Source of the DNA: Patescibacteria group bacterium
GTDB lineage: Bacteria; Patescibacteriota; Microgenomatia; CAYGWK01
NCBI GenBank assembly: GCA_049322615.1
Contig: JBMORX010000009.1
Coordinates: 130,321 to 194,320 of the forward strand
DNA length: 64,000 bases
Reading direction: 5' to 3'
In this document: positions 19,261 through 27,832 of the stretch, in pieces
Layout of the letters: the number at the start of each line of letters is the position of its first letter
Numbering within the stretch: position 1 is the stretch's first letter
Made by a program: the position numbers and the translations under genes
Notes under the pieces: generated by a model
Told to the model about the DNA's origin: nothing
The model's database searches: none
Seen by the model: only the letters and a program-made list of their open reading frames with translations

Positions 19261-19611
19261 CTAGGGAATTAAACCGGTACATCTCCAGTTAACTTGGGCG
19301 TTTTTGGTGGCAATATCTACAACACAAGCTGGAGAACACCCTTTCGCCTTGCCGAAAACAATTAGAGGGAACCACCAGGTACCAGAATAATCGTTACATT
19401 CCCAACCCAAGGGGGATATTTTGCCTTCTTTTACACAAACACTTTTGAGAGCAATTTTTAATGCTTCTTTCCTGCTCATTTTCAAATTTGTTTCTCTTTT
19501 ATAACAATAATCTGGACCAATATTTTGTTTGTAAAATTTAGAAAAAATGTATCCCAAAAAACTAATGACGATCATCAGTGTAATAATCGTAATAAGAAGT
19601 TTCTGGGACAT
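19261..19611 (-). CDS. Membrane-anchored Cys-rich extracellular protein
   Basis: N-terminal TM helix; six Cys with C..YSGTWW...GC.PACVVD......VNWRCTGL. Confidence 0.65.
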   Translation of the reverse strand: MSQKLLITIITLMIVISFLGYIFSKFYKQNIGPDYCYKRETNLKMSRKEALKIALKSVCVKEGKISPLGWECNDYSGTWWFPLIVFGKAKGCSPACVVDIATKNAQVNWRCTGLIP

Positions 19612-19646
19612 AATTAGATTATACTCTTTCTAATCTTTGAAGACTT

Positions 19647-20867
19647 TTAGGGGAATTTAAACTCGGGGATTTGGATTTGGGGGACAGTGGGAATGCTTAA
19701 GCCACCAGGTTGTCCAGGTATACCTTGAATTGTTTTTGACCAATCTTGATACCAGTTACCAGAAGTTCCTGTCCAATTCTTTAAACCTACCTCGGAAAGT
19801 TCAGCCCAACGCTTAAACATTCTTCCTAAAACCTCATTTATTTTCCCAACTTCAGCCGCATCTCCCCTCCCAGTTGCTTTTGACAAAAGGTCATAAAGAT
19901 AATTGGCTGCTTTTGAATAATGATCATTAAGACAAGATTGATAAGAAGCGGTATTGGCGTTTAAACACCCTTGATTTTTCGCCCAATCACTGGTTTTACC
20001 AGAAATAGTGTCCAGGGCATTGTAAAATTCTTGGCTGGTTTTGGCATCATAATAAGTTCCCCCAGTCACCTGGGCAATGCAAGAAAGCTGCTGTTTTGCC
20101 TTTGAGTCAACATCAAAACCAACCACATCAATCATGGGAGAAATTCCGCTTTGCTTAAGTTCCGCCGCCACTTTACAAGGATCACCGCCGCAAGTTTCGA
20201 TCCCATCGCTGACAAGAATAATCTTATTATTATCACTCTCATAACCGGCAAAAGAGCTTTGGGCTTTCTTGAAAGAATCAGCAATTGGTGTCCAACCAGT
20301 CGGCTTAAAAGTCTCAACCTGACTCTTAAAAGAAGCTTTATCAACCATCCCTATTGGGTATAAAAGATCAATGCCAGCGCAAGAAACCGCTTTATCAGCC
20401 GCAGAATTTGAACCCTTATGTCCATAAACCATCAAACCGGCCTTAATCTCGGCACTTAAATTATCAATATATTTCTTAAGGGCGGTCTTTGCAGCCTCAA
20501 TCTTGGTTTCGGCTCCCGCTTTACCAGCCATACTTCCGGAGGAGTCTTCGATGAAAAGAATATTAGTTTTCCCTTGAGGTTTGTTTGGAGACTCAAGGCT
20601 GCAACCCGCAGAGAGGGCGCAATCATTTTTATAAGGATCAAAACCTAGGGCAAGCTCTACAAAATTTGGAATGCCATCTCCATCGCTATCAAGGTCATAT
20701 TTATCAAGACTGGCAGGATTAAGAATTCCCGTTAGGGGTCCCTCGGTGACTATTTTTCCGGGTCCAAATTTCAAAAACCAAACTCCTCCCCCAACCAGAA
20801 GAAGGAGAACTCCAAAGATTAGCAAAACTCCTGCTATGCCGAATTCTTTAGCCTTCACTGTTTCCAT
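19647..20867 (-). CDS. Membrane-anchored VWA-domain protein with a Ca-binding DxDxDG loop
   Basis: MIDAS DSSGSM, G.TP, LVSDG.ETCGGDP; DSDGDGIPN. Confidence 0.85.
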   Translation of the reverse strand: METVKAKEFGIAGVLLIFGVLLLLVGGGVWFLKFGPGKIVTEGPLTGILNPASLDKYDLDSDGDGIPNFVELALGFDPYKNDCALSAGCSLESPNKPQGKTNILFIEDSSGSMAGKAGAETKIEAAKTALKKYIDNLSAEIKAGLMVYGHKGSNSAADKAVSCAGIDLLYPIGMVDKASFKSQVETFKPTGWTPIADSFKKAQSSFAGYESDNNKIILVSDGIETCGGDPCKVAAELKQSGISPMIDVVGFDVDSKAKQQLSCIAQVTGGTYYDAKTSQEFYNALDTISGKTSDWAKNQGCLNANTASYQSCLNDHYSKAANYLYDLLSKATGRGDAAEVGKINEVLGRMFKRWAELSEVGLKNWTGTSGNWYQDWSKTIQGIPGQPGGLSIPTVPQIQIPEFKFP

Positions 20868-20904
20868 TAAAACAAAGGTTTTTGGGCTTGTCAAGCCCCC
20901 AGCT

Positions 20905-21807
20905 TCACACCATTTCTTTTAAAGCCGCAATTCTTTCCTCAACTGGCGGATGGGTATTAAATAAATTGGCAAACCAACCCACAAATTTTTGACCCTTAAA
21001 AGGATTAACAATATAAAGATGGGCAGTGGCTTTATTAGCAGCTTCAAGCGGCTCTCGGTCTTTAGAGATTTTTTCTAGAGCTCTGGTTAGACCTTCAGGG
21101 AAACGGGTTAACATAGCCGCCGAAGCATCAGCCAAAAATTCTCGCCTTCGGGAAATGGCAAGCTGAATTAATTGGGCAATCAAGGGTGAAAGAAGAGCAA
21201 GAATTATTCCTATCAAAAACAAGATCACCCCCCAATTTCCCTTATCTCCCTCATCATCCCGAGCCCCAAATCTTATTCCTCGCAAAAACCAGTCAGCCAA
21301 TAAGGTTACCATTCCCACCAAGATGGTCACAATTCCCGCAAGCCTTGTATCAAAATTTCTCACATGAGAAAGCTCATGGGCAACTACCCCCTCAAGTTCG
21401 CTGCGATCCAGTTTTTCCAATAAACCTCTGGTTGCGCAAACCACCGCATGTTCCGGATCCCGACCGCAAGCCATGGCATTGGGGGCTGAATCATCAATAA
21501 CATAAAGACGAGGCATGGGAATTTGGGCAGCCATCGTCAGATTCTCACTCACAGTGAAAAAATTAAAATCTCTTCTTTTATCAGCCGGCCGAGCCCCAGA
21601 AATAGTCAAAATAATCTTATCTCCCCACCAGAAGCTTGAGAAACTCATTAGACCGGCCACAACCAAAGCAATTCCAACCATCCCCAGACCATAACCCAGT
21701 ATCTTAGCGAAAATCCAGGCAACTCCGGCAATAAAAGTCACGAACAGCACCATAATAATGGTGCTTCGCTTTTTATTGCGATCTATTTGTTCGTAAACAT
21801 TAATCAT
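20905..21807 (-). CDS. htpX: Zinc metalloprotease HtpX (M48)
   Basis: PNA.A.G, HELSH, SR.RE.LAD, THPP..ERI. Confidence 0.93.
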   Translation of the reverse strand: MINVYEQIDRNKKRSTIIMVLFVTFIAGVAWIFAKILGYGLGMVGIALVVAGLMSFSSFWWGDKIILTISGARPADKRRDFNFFTVSENLTMAAQIPMPRLYVIDDSAPNAMACGRDPEHAVVCATRGLLEKLDRSELEGVVAHELSHVRNFDTRLAGIVTILVGMVTLLADWFLRGIRFGARDDEGDKGNWGVILFLIGIILALLSPLIAQLIQLAISRRREFLADASAAMLTRFPEGLTRALEKISKDREPLEAANKATAHLYIVNPFKGQKFVGWFANLFNTHPPVEERIAALKEMV

Positions 21808-21810
21808 CTT

Positions 21811-22398
21811 TTAAAACTCCACCTTAGGAGCCTTTGTTTCCTCTTCACCTACCTCAAGATGTTTTCCTTCTTCGGGTGTCTTAAGCCCCACTTCTTGTTG
21901 AAAGCCAAACATCTTGGCAATTAGATTTGAGGGAAAAGTAACCACCTTAATATTATAATCAGCCGTCAAATCAATTAATGTTCTTCGAGAATACATCACT
22001 TTGTCAGCCGTATCCCGAAGCTCATCCATGAGTTTTGCCGTTGGTCCGGCCGCCTGAAGTTGGGGAGTTGATTCAAATACCGCCCGAATCGGGGCTAAAG
22101 CCGACTGAAGTCGGCTCCCAGCGTCTATTAATTTTTGAGCGTCACCCAAATCAACCACCTTCATGACTGCCTTTCTCGCTTCAGTTAACTCATCAAAAAT
22201 TGTCTTTTCGTGTTTCATATAACCTTTTACCGAAGAAACTAGATTAGGAATAAGATCGGACTGTCTTTTAAGCTGGTTTCCGATTTCTTGAATCGAGGCG
22301 CGAATTCGCGTTTTTATGGTCACGAATTGGTTATACAAAGACCAGATGTAAAAAATGACTAAAGCCGCGATAATGATTAAAATTATTAATCCTGACAT
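21811..22398 (-). CDS. lemA: LemA family protein
   Basis: TM helix then YN, QLKR..DLIPNL...VKGY..HE, YN.....FPSN. Confidence 0.9.
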   Translation of the reverse strand: MSGLIILIIIAALVIFYIWSLYNQFVTIKTRIRASIQEIGNQLKRQSDLIPNLVSSVKGYMKHEKTIFDELTEARKAVMKVVDLGDAQKLIDAGSRLQSALAPIRAVFESTPQLQAAGPTAKLMDELRDTADKVMYSRRTLIDLTADYNIKVVTFPSNLIAKMFGFQQEVGLKTPEEGKHLEVGEEETKAPKVEF

Positions 22399-22412
22399 AT
22401 TATAGTTTATTT

Positions 22413-22527
22413 TCACCCCCTCTCTGTGCCTTCAGGAGTAGGAAGTTCTATTTCCGAATGCACCCCCGTAACACTGAAGGCGAAACTTCTGTGTTCTCTG
22501 TGTTGCAAGCCTCCCATTCGGAATCTA
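22413..22527 (-). repeat. Structured intergenic element, copy 2
   Basis: Same element as 1066-1201 with a shorter internal hairpin. Confidence 0.8.
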
Positions 22528-24327
22528 TTCCAAAAGTTTCTTAAATTCACTATATCCTAGCGTATTTATTATATCACCTTTTTCTGCCCATCCACGCCTG
22601 GCGACCGCTACTCCATAACGCATCAGCTCCATCTGGTCAACAGCGTGAGCATCAGTGCAAATTACCATTTTCACCGCCGCTCTTGCCGCTTCACGGACAA
22701 GTGTATCTGGAAGATCAAGCCTATCAGGCCAAGCATTAATTTCCAACCAGATATTTCGTTTTTTACAAAAATCAAAAATCTCCTCCCAATCAAGTTCATA
22801 TCCTTCTCGCTCATTTAATTTTCTACCAGTTGGGTGACCCAAAATTTTTACCTTTGGATGTCTAAGGGCGGCTAAAACTCGTTTTGTCATCTCCTGGCGA
22901 CCCATTCTAAAGCTTGAATGAATTGAAACCATAACGAAATCTAAAAGATCTAATCCCTTTTCCGGAATCCCTAACGTTCCGTTGGGCTTTATGTCAACTT
23001 CAAGCCCATTAAGAGCCTGTATGAGCAATTTATTTCCTCTTTTTTCATGAGAGTAGTTTAATTTATCAATTCTTTCTTTTTTCCGCTTCAGTATGCTAAT
23101 TATTTGTTCAAGGCTATGTTTGCTAGTACTCGGATTATGTTCACAAAAACCAACATATTCATACCCAAGTTCTAATCCTTTATCCATTATCTCCTCCATT
23201 GAGCTTATCCCTTCATCATGGCTAGTTTCAATTGGAAAATCAGAATGGATATGGAGATCTCCTTTGATGTCCCTTAACTCTACTAATTTTGGCAGACCGC
23301 CTGGTTTACCCTGAGCGGAGCGAAGGGAAGCCTCAATTTCTCCAGTGTCCTCCCTTATCTCAGGCGGAATCCAATCCATCCCCAGGGCTTTATAGAACTC
23401 TTCTTCAGTAGCATAACTTCCCACTTCCCACTTTCCACTTCCCACTTTCTTTTTAATCCCATATTCAGACAAAGAAAGACCTTTCTTTAAAGCATACTCC
23501 CTAAGAGCAATATTATGTTGTTTTGAGCCAGTAAAATGCTGTAGAAGGGCTCCGTAAGAAGAAACTGGTTGAACCATAAGGTCAACCTGATAGCCAGATT
23601 TGAGGACTAAAGAGGCGGTCGCCGTTCCCGCCTCAAGAACTCTTTTTTTCTTTGGATAGGCAACAAAATGCGAAATAACCTCCTTTGGTTTATCAGTCGC
23701 CGCCGCAATATCAACATCACCAACAGTGGAAACCATTCTTCGAAGCGAACCTAAAGGGTCAGTCCGAATAACGTCAGGAGATTTCTTAAGCCAAAAAAGA
23801 ATATCATCTGCCACTTGAGCCGCATAAGGCAAAAGGATCCTGGTTGTCTTTCGCCGAAATTCTTCAATTCCCCGTAAAATATCCTTTTCTGATTCCTCTC
23901 CAAAACCCTCAATCACTCTTATTTCTCCACTTTTAGCCTTTTCTCCAAGTTCAGAAATCGCTGTTTTGGGATTTTTAAGTCCAAGCTCCTTGGAAAGTTT
24001 ATAAGCAGTCTTAGCCCCAACTCCCGGAATCGATAAAAGCTCAAACATGGCTGGAGGCAAACCAGACATCACTTCTTGAAAATGTTTTACTTTTCCAGTT
24101 CTGAAAAGTTCATCAAGATGGGAAGCAATTGCCGCTCCTATTCCCGCCAATTCTCCTAGCTTTCCGTCATCCCAAAGATCTTTAACTTCGCTTGAGGCGT
24201 GTTCAACTGAGGTTGCCGCCCGATCATAAGCCATAATCTTAAACCTATCTCCTCCTTTAATCTCATAAGCAGCTGCCATAGAGTGGAGGAGTTTAGCCAC
24301 TTCCTGATTGGTGAATTCTTTAGCCAT
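22525..24327 (-). CDS. polX: DNA polymerase X with PHP domain
   Basis: GSLRR...VGDVD, HFTGSK.HN, IPPE.RE, DLHIHS, HPTGR, TDAH. Confidence 0.95.
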   Translation of the reverse strand: MAKEFTNQEVAKLLHSMAAAYEIKGGDRFKIMAYDRAATSVEHASSEVKDLWDDGKLGELAGIGAAIASHLDELFRTGKVKHFQEVMSGLPPAMFELLSIPGVGAKTAYKLSKELGLKNPKTAISELGEKAKSGEIRVIEGFGEESEKDILRGIEEFRRKTTRILLPYAAQVADDILFWLKKSPDVIRTDPLGSLRRMVSTVGDVDIAAATDKPKEVISHFVAYPKKKRVLEAGTATASLVLKSGYQVDLMVQPVSSYGALLQHFTGSKQHNIALREYALKKGLSLSEYGIKKKVGSGKWEVGSYATEEEFYKALGMDWIPPEIREDTGEIEASLRSAQGKPGGLPKLVELRDIKGDLHIHSDFPIETSHDEGISSMEEIMDKGLELGYEYVGFCEHNPSTSKHSLEQIISILKRKKERIDKLNYSHEKRGNKLLIQALNGLEVDIKPNGTLGIPEKGLDLLDFVMVSIHSSFRMGRQEMTKRVLAALRHPKVKILGHPTGRKLNEREGYELDWEEIFDFCKKRNIWLEINAWPDRLDLPDTLVREAARAAVKMVICTDAHAVDQMELMRYGVAVARRGWAEKGDIINTLGYSEFKKLLE

Positions 24328-24350
24328 TCTGCAAACATAATAACAAAAGA

Positions 24351-24379
24351 TTGACTGGCTGACAATATTCTGCTATAGT
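24351..24379 (+). promoter_or_regulatory. Sigma70 promoter of the tRNA cluster
   Basis: TTGACT-17 nt-TATAGT, 9 nt before tRNA-Asp. Confidence 0.75.
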
Positions 24380-24388
24380 ATTTTCGTT

Positions 24389-24464
24389 GGGTCCGTAGTG
24401 TAGCGGTTAACATGCTTCCCTGTCGAGGAAGAGATCGGGGGTTCGATTCCCCTCGGACCCGCCA
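24389..24464 (+). tRNA. tRNA-Asp (GTC)
   Basis: GGGTCCG/CGGACCC acceptor, CTTCC-CTGTCGA-GGAAG anticodon arm, TTCGATT T loop, encoded CCA. Confidence 0.95.
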
Positions 24465-24541
24465 ATCTGCCCAATTCTCCTGCCTCCCTCCTTCGCGTAA
24501 AGCTACGGAGGGCAAAGAAAGGAGGTGAATAAGGGCAAAAC

Positions 24542-25111
24542 ATGGACCTTAAAGAACTTTTAAAAAGACTCAAACTTTCTGAACAAACAGTCAGCACGGT
24601 TTTGGGAGCTTTGGTTATTGTGGTAGTTGGGGTTTTGATCTTTAACTATTTCCGGGGCGTCGGCAGAAAGCCAACTCTTGAAAAGCCGGCTCAACCAGGA
24701 GAAATAAAACTAATCGAAGAGGGAGGAAAAATTGTTCCTGAAGGGTTACCAACTACTTACAAGGTTGAAAAAGGAGATCATCTTTGGGCAATTTCTCAAA
24801 AATTTTTTGGTTCAGGCTATAACTGGGTTGATATTGCTAGAGAAAATCGGCTTAAAAACCCAAACAGGCTCTTGGTTGATCAAGAATTAAGTATTCCCAA
24901 AGTTGAAGTGAGAAAACCGGTTGTCGCTCAAGCAAAATTTGGCGAACCAATATCAGGCTCAAGTTACACTGTTTTAAAGGGTGACCATTTATGGGGAATT
25001 GCGGTTCGAGCCTATGGCGATGGCTATAAATGGGTAGAAATTGCCAAAGCCAATAATCTAGCCAACCCGAATCTGATTCATCCAGGAAATATTTTGACTT
25101 TACCGAGATAA
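24542..25111 (+). CDS. Membrane-anchored double LysM domain protein
   Basis: Two Y.V..GD.LW.I....G.G..W..IA..N...NP repeats; SD AGGAGGTGA. Confidence 0.9.
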   Translation: MDLKELLKRLKLSEQTVSTVLGALVIVVVGVLIFNYFRGVGRKPTLEKPAQPGEIKLIEEGGKIVPEGLPTTYKVEKGDHLWAISQKFFGSGYNWVDIARENRLKNPNRLLVDQELSIPKVEVRKPVVAQAKFGEPISGSSYTVLKGDHLWGIAVRAYGDGYKWVEIAKANNLANPNLIHPGNILTLPR

Positions 25112-25113
25112 AA

Positions 25114-25186
25114 GCGGGTATAGTTGAGCGGCTCAACATTACCTTCCCAAGGTAAAAAGACGGGTTCGACTCCCGTTACCCGCTCA
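25114..25186 (+). tRNA. tRNA-Gly (CCC)
   Basis: GCGGGTA/TACCCGC acceptor, TTACC-TTCCCAA-GGTAA anticodon arm, GGTTCGACTCC. Confidence 0.9.
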
Positions 25187-25368
25187 AGTGGAAAAATGCC
25201 GCCTTAGCTCCCCGTAGAATACTTGCTTGCTCGCAAGGTTTACATCCTTACCTCGCAAGGGCGTATCTACGGGACAAGCAGTTGGCAACAACAACCAAGC
25301 GCTGGCGTAGCTCAACGGTAGAGTTCCGTTCCGACCGAAGGTCGAGAACGAGAATCCACGATTTTTTC

Positions 25369-25441
25369 GCCTTCCAAGCATTGGGGCGATGCAGAGACTT
25401 CGTAAGTCTCAGAGCGGGGTTCGACTCCCCGGGAAGGCTCA
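25369..25441 (+). tRNA. tRNA-Thr (CGT), nested copy 1 (A at position 8)
   Basis: GCCTTCC/GGAAGGC acceptor, GCAT/ATGC D stem, GAGAC-TTCGTAA-GTCTC, CGGGG-TTCGACT-CCCCG. Confidence 0.8.
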
Positions 25442-25442
25442 G

Positions 25443-25811
25443 ATGTTCTATGTTTACATTTTAAAAAGTTTAAAAGATAATTCATATTATATTGGTAGCA
25501 CTGCCAATTTAAGGCAAAGGATAAACCAACATAACCAGGGTAAATCAAGGTATACGAAGGATAAGAAACCATGGAAGTTACTCTACTTTGAGAAATACCC
25601 AACTCGCATTGAAGCTGTAAAGAGAGAAATAAAAATTAAATCGAGGAAAAAGAGATCTTTCGTAGAAAAATTAATATGTAGCGAAAAAATCGGGACAGGG
25701 CTTTCGCCCGCCTTGACTCGCCGAAGTAGCTTAGTGGAAGAGCGGTGGTTTCGTAAACCATTGGCAGGAGTTCGATTCTCCTCTTCGGCTCAAGGTCGGC
25801 GAGGCAGGTAA
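25443..25811 (+). CDS. GIY-YIG nuclease (UPF0213/SLX1-like, stand-alone)
   Basis: FYVYILKS....YYIGST.NL..R...HN.G...YT....PW.L.Y.E......A..RE..IK; ATG at 25443 directly after the nested tRNA. Confidence 0.88.
   Translation: MFYVYILKSLKDNSYYIGSTANLRQRINQHNQGKSRYTKDKKPWKLLYFEKYPTRIEAVKREIKIKSRKKRSFVEKLICSEKIGTGLSPALTRRSSLVEERWFRKPLAGVRFSSSAQGRRGR
25720..25792 (+). tRNA. tRNA-Thr (CGT), nested copy 2
   Basis: GCCGAAG/CTTCGGC acceptor, GTGGT-TTCGTAA-ACCAT, AGGAG-TTCGATT-CTCCT. Confidence 0.85.
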
Positions 25812-25926
25812 AGCCAAGGTCCTGGGCCTGCCCCGTTAAAATCGCTCCACGAGCCGCAGTAGAAATCTACTAAGGCAAGTGGTAAGATTAGACGGGGTTC
25901 AAATCCGAGAGGCGGCTCAATTTCCT

Positions 25927-26649
25927 ATGGTTACTTTTCACTCACGCCTTGTGAAAAAAGAAAAGGCAAGAAGCCTTAGACGAACTGTAATTTTTAGCGG
26001 CTTGACCATCCTTTTTGTTTTAGGACTTATCTTTTGGGGCATTCCCTCACTTATCAAAATTGCGATTTTCTTCTCGGAAATTAAAAGTTCAAGCACTCCG
26101 GTTGAGCAATCTGATATTTTACCTCCTGCCCCCCCAAAAATTAATCCTTTACCTGAGGCGACTAATATAGGAGTAATGTCTCTTTCTGGTTTTGCCGAAG
26201 CAGGCTCAACTGTGGAGGTTTTTTTAAATAATTCCTCTTACCAAAAAGTGATTACTTCAGAAGATGGAACCTTTTTGGCTGACAATCTAAACTTAACTGA
26301 GGGACAAAACGAAATTTACGCCACTGCCCAAGACAATGCAGGCAACAAAAGTCAACCCTCGGCAAAGATGATTATTGTTTTTGATAAAACCCCACCTGAA
26401 TTAACAATAGACAAACCGCAAGATAAAGCCCACTTTATTGGTGAAAAACAAAGAAAAATTCAAATCTCTGGCAAAACCGATCCAGGGACAATATTGACCA
26501 TTAATGAACATTTAGAAGTTCTTGATAAAGACGGAAATTTTTCTCTATCCTTCACCCTTTCTGAAGGAGAAAACGTCTTGAAGTTTATTGCTACTGATCA
26601 AGCCGGAAATAAAACCGAAAAAGAAATCAAGGTCACCTTTACGCCTTAG
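25927..26649 (+). CDS. Membrane-anchored protein with two bacterial Ig-like domains
   Basis: TM helix; two G.F...L.EG.N.....A.D.AGN repeats; D.TPP.L; start set at ATG 25927. Confidence 0.8.
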   Translation: MVTFHSRLVKKEKARSLRRTVIFSGLTILFVLGLIFWGIPSLIKIAIFFSEIKSSSTPVEQSDILPPAPPKINPLPEATNIGVMSLSGFAEAGSTVEVFLNNSSYQKVITSEDGTFLADNLNLTEGQNEIYATAQDNAGNKSQPSAKMIIVFDKTPPELTIDKPQDKAHFIGEKQRKIQISGKTDPGTILTINEHLEVLDKDGNFSLSFTLSEGENVLKFIATDQAGNKTEKEIKVTFTP

Positions 26650-27832
26650 CTTCAGTTGTTCCCAATAAAATCCACAGCCAACCCATAATCCAAGGATAAA
26701 ATAGGCTATTAACGAACCAGGAATGAACCAATAGAGCGATAACGCTTGCCAGAACCAGCAAATTCGCTGCCTTGGCGGAATTTACAAGAATTTTTCCCCA
26801 AAGCCAAAGATATGCCAAAAGACCAAAAATTCCCGTCGTCGCTAAAACAAATAAAAGGCTAGAATCCGCTCCCCCACCAGCATGCGAGGCTCGCCAATTG
26901 GCAAATTCTAAAAAACCATAATCTCGCTGGGCATAACGGTAGGCATTAAACCCGACTCCAAAAAGTAGATGCTCCTTGGCGATCACCAGCGACTGTCTCC
27001 AATTAATTAGGCGAAATTTAATTGTGCTTTCCCTCTCAAGTCTAACTCCCTCTCCACCAGGACGAGGTAAAAGAAAAACAGTGATAATGCCTGCCACTAG
27101 AACGGCAAGGAAAAACTTCGGTGCTTTCTTTACCCAGGCAATTGTCCCCATCGCCCCCAAATAAGCCAAGTAAGAAGCCCGAGAATAGGTCAAAGCCAAA
27201 GCCACATAAACAATCATTCCCACCAAAAAAATGATTCCTCTGTGCTTCATTTTTTCATCACTATGTAGCGATGAAACAATTAAAATGAGGGTTAAAACGA
27301 GAATTGCCCCAAGAAATCCCGGATCAAAAAAGGTTCCAATAACCCGGTAAAGATGCGGATCCCAACCATATTTTTCCAAAAATCTGGTATCGGGAACAAA
27401 AATATATTGAAGCAGACCTAAAACGGCTGTTGCTGTCCCAGTTATCATCAAACAACTTAAAATGCTTTGCACTTTGCACTTTGCACTTTGCACTAAATCG
27501 TAGATAACAAAATATAAACCGGCGTAAAAAATCCAACGAAGAAGATACAACCAAGAAACTAACCTTTCTCGTCCAGACAAAAGACTCAGCGAATTCAAGG
27601 CTAAGGAGATAAAGCAGAGAGAAAAAAACAAAAAAATTTGCTTTGCCAGTGGAGGAAGAATAAATTTATCTCTTTTTGAGAGTTTCCAAACTAGCCAACT
27701 TGAGACTAAAAACCCAACTAGAACATCGGCTAAATGAACATTTATTTCGGTTATTTCGAGGGTGAAGCGAGTCAGTTGACCAAGGGTAAAAACAACAAGG
27801 TAGCAATATAGCAAAATGATAATTAACTTCAT
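26639..27832 (-). CDS. O-antigen ligase/polymerase family membrane protein
   Basis: R..GTF.DP, LTYSR.S, FGVGFN.Y, G.FG; multiple TM helices. Confidence 0.8.
   Translation of the reverse strand: MKLIIILLYCYLVVFTLGQLTRFTLEITEINVHLADVLVGFLVSSWLVWKLSKRDKFILPPLAKQIFLFFSLCFISLALNSLSLLSGRERLVSWLYLLRWIFYAGLYFVIYDLVQSAKCKVQSILSCLMITGTATAVLGLLQYIFVPDTRFLEKYGWDPHLYRVIGTFFDPGFLGAILVLTLILIVSSLHSDEKMKHRGIIFLVGMIVYVALALTYSRASYLAYLGAMGTIAWVKKAPKFFLAVLVAGIITVFLLPRPGGEGVRLERESTIKFRLINWRQSLVIAKEHLLFGVGFNAYRYAQRDYGFLEFANWRASHAGGGADSSLLFVLATTGIFGLLAYLWLWGKILVNSAKAANLLVLASVIALLVHSWFVNSLFYPWIMGWLWILLGTTEAKA

Larger units (their letters stand above)
25198..25919 (+). tRNA. Interrupted tRNA-Thr (GGT): six segments separated by five intervening sequences
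   Basis: Segments 25198-25210, 25280-25285, 25319-25323, 25696-25704, 25807-25826 and 25898-25919 join to GCCGCCTTAGCTCAGTTGGTAGAGCAGGGCTTTGGTAAAGCCAAGGTCCTGGGTTCAAATCCGAGAGGCGGCTCA. Confidence 0.65.

Noticed and set aside
25211-25897. Group I or group II intron explanation for the tRNA inserts
   Set aside because: Four inserts are about 30-100 nt, too short. The long one is filled by a tRNA and an ORF, and I see no catalytic core or domain V motif.
25879-25926. ORF-track N-terminal extension of the Ig-domain protein
   Set aside because: Lies within the tRNA 3' exon and insert; ATG 25927 is the plausible start
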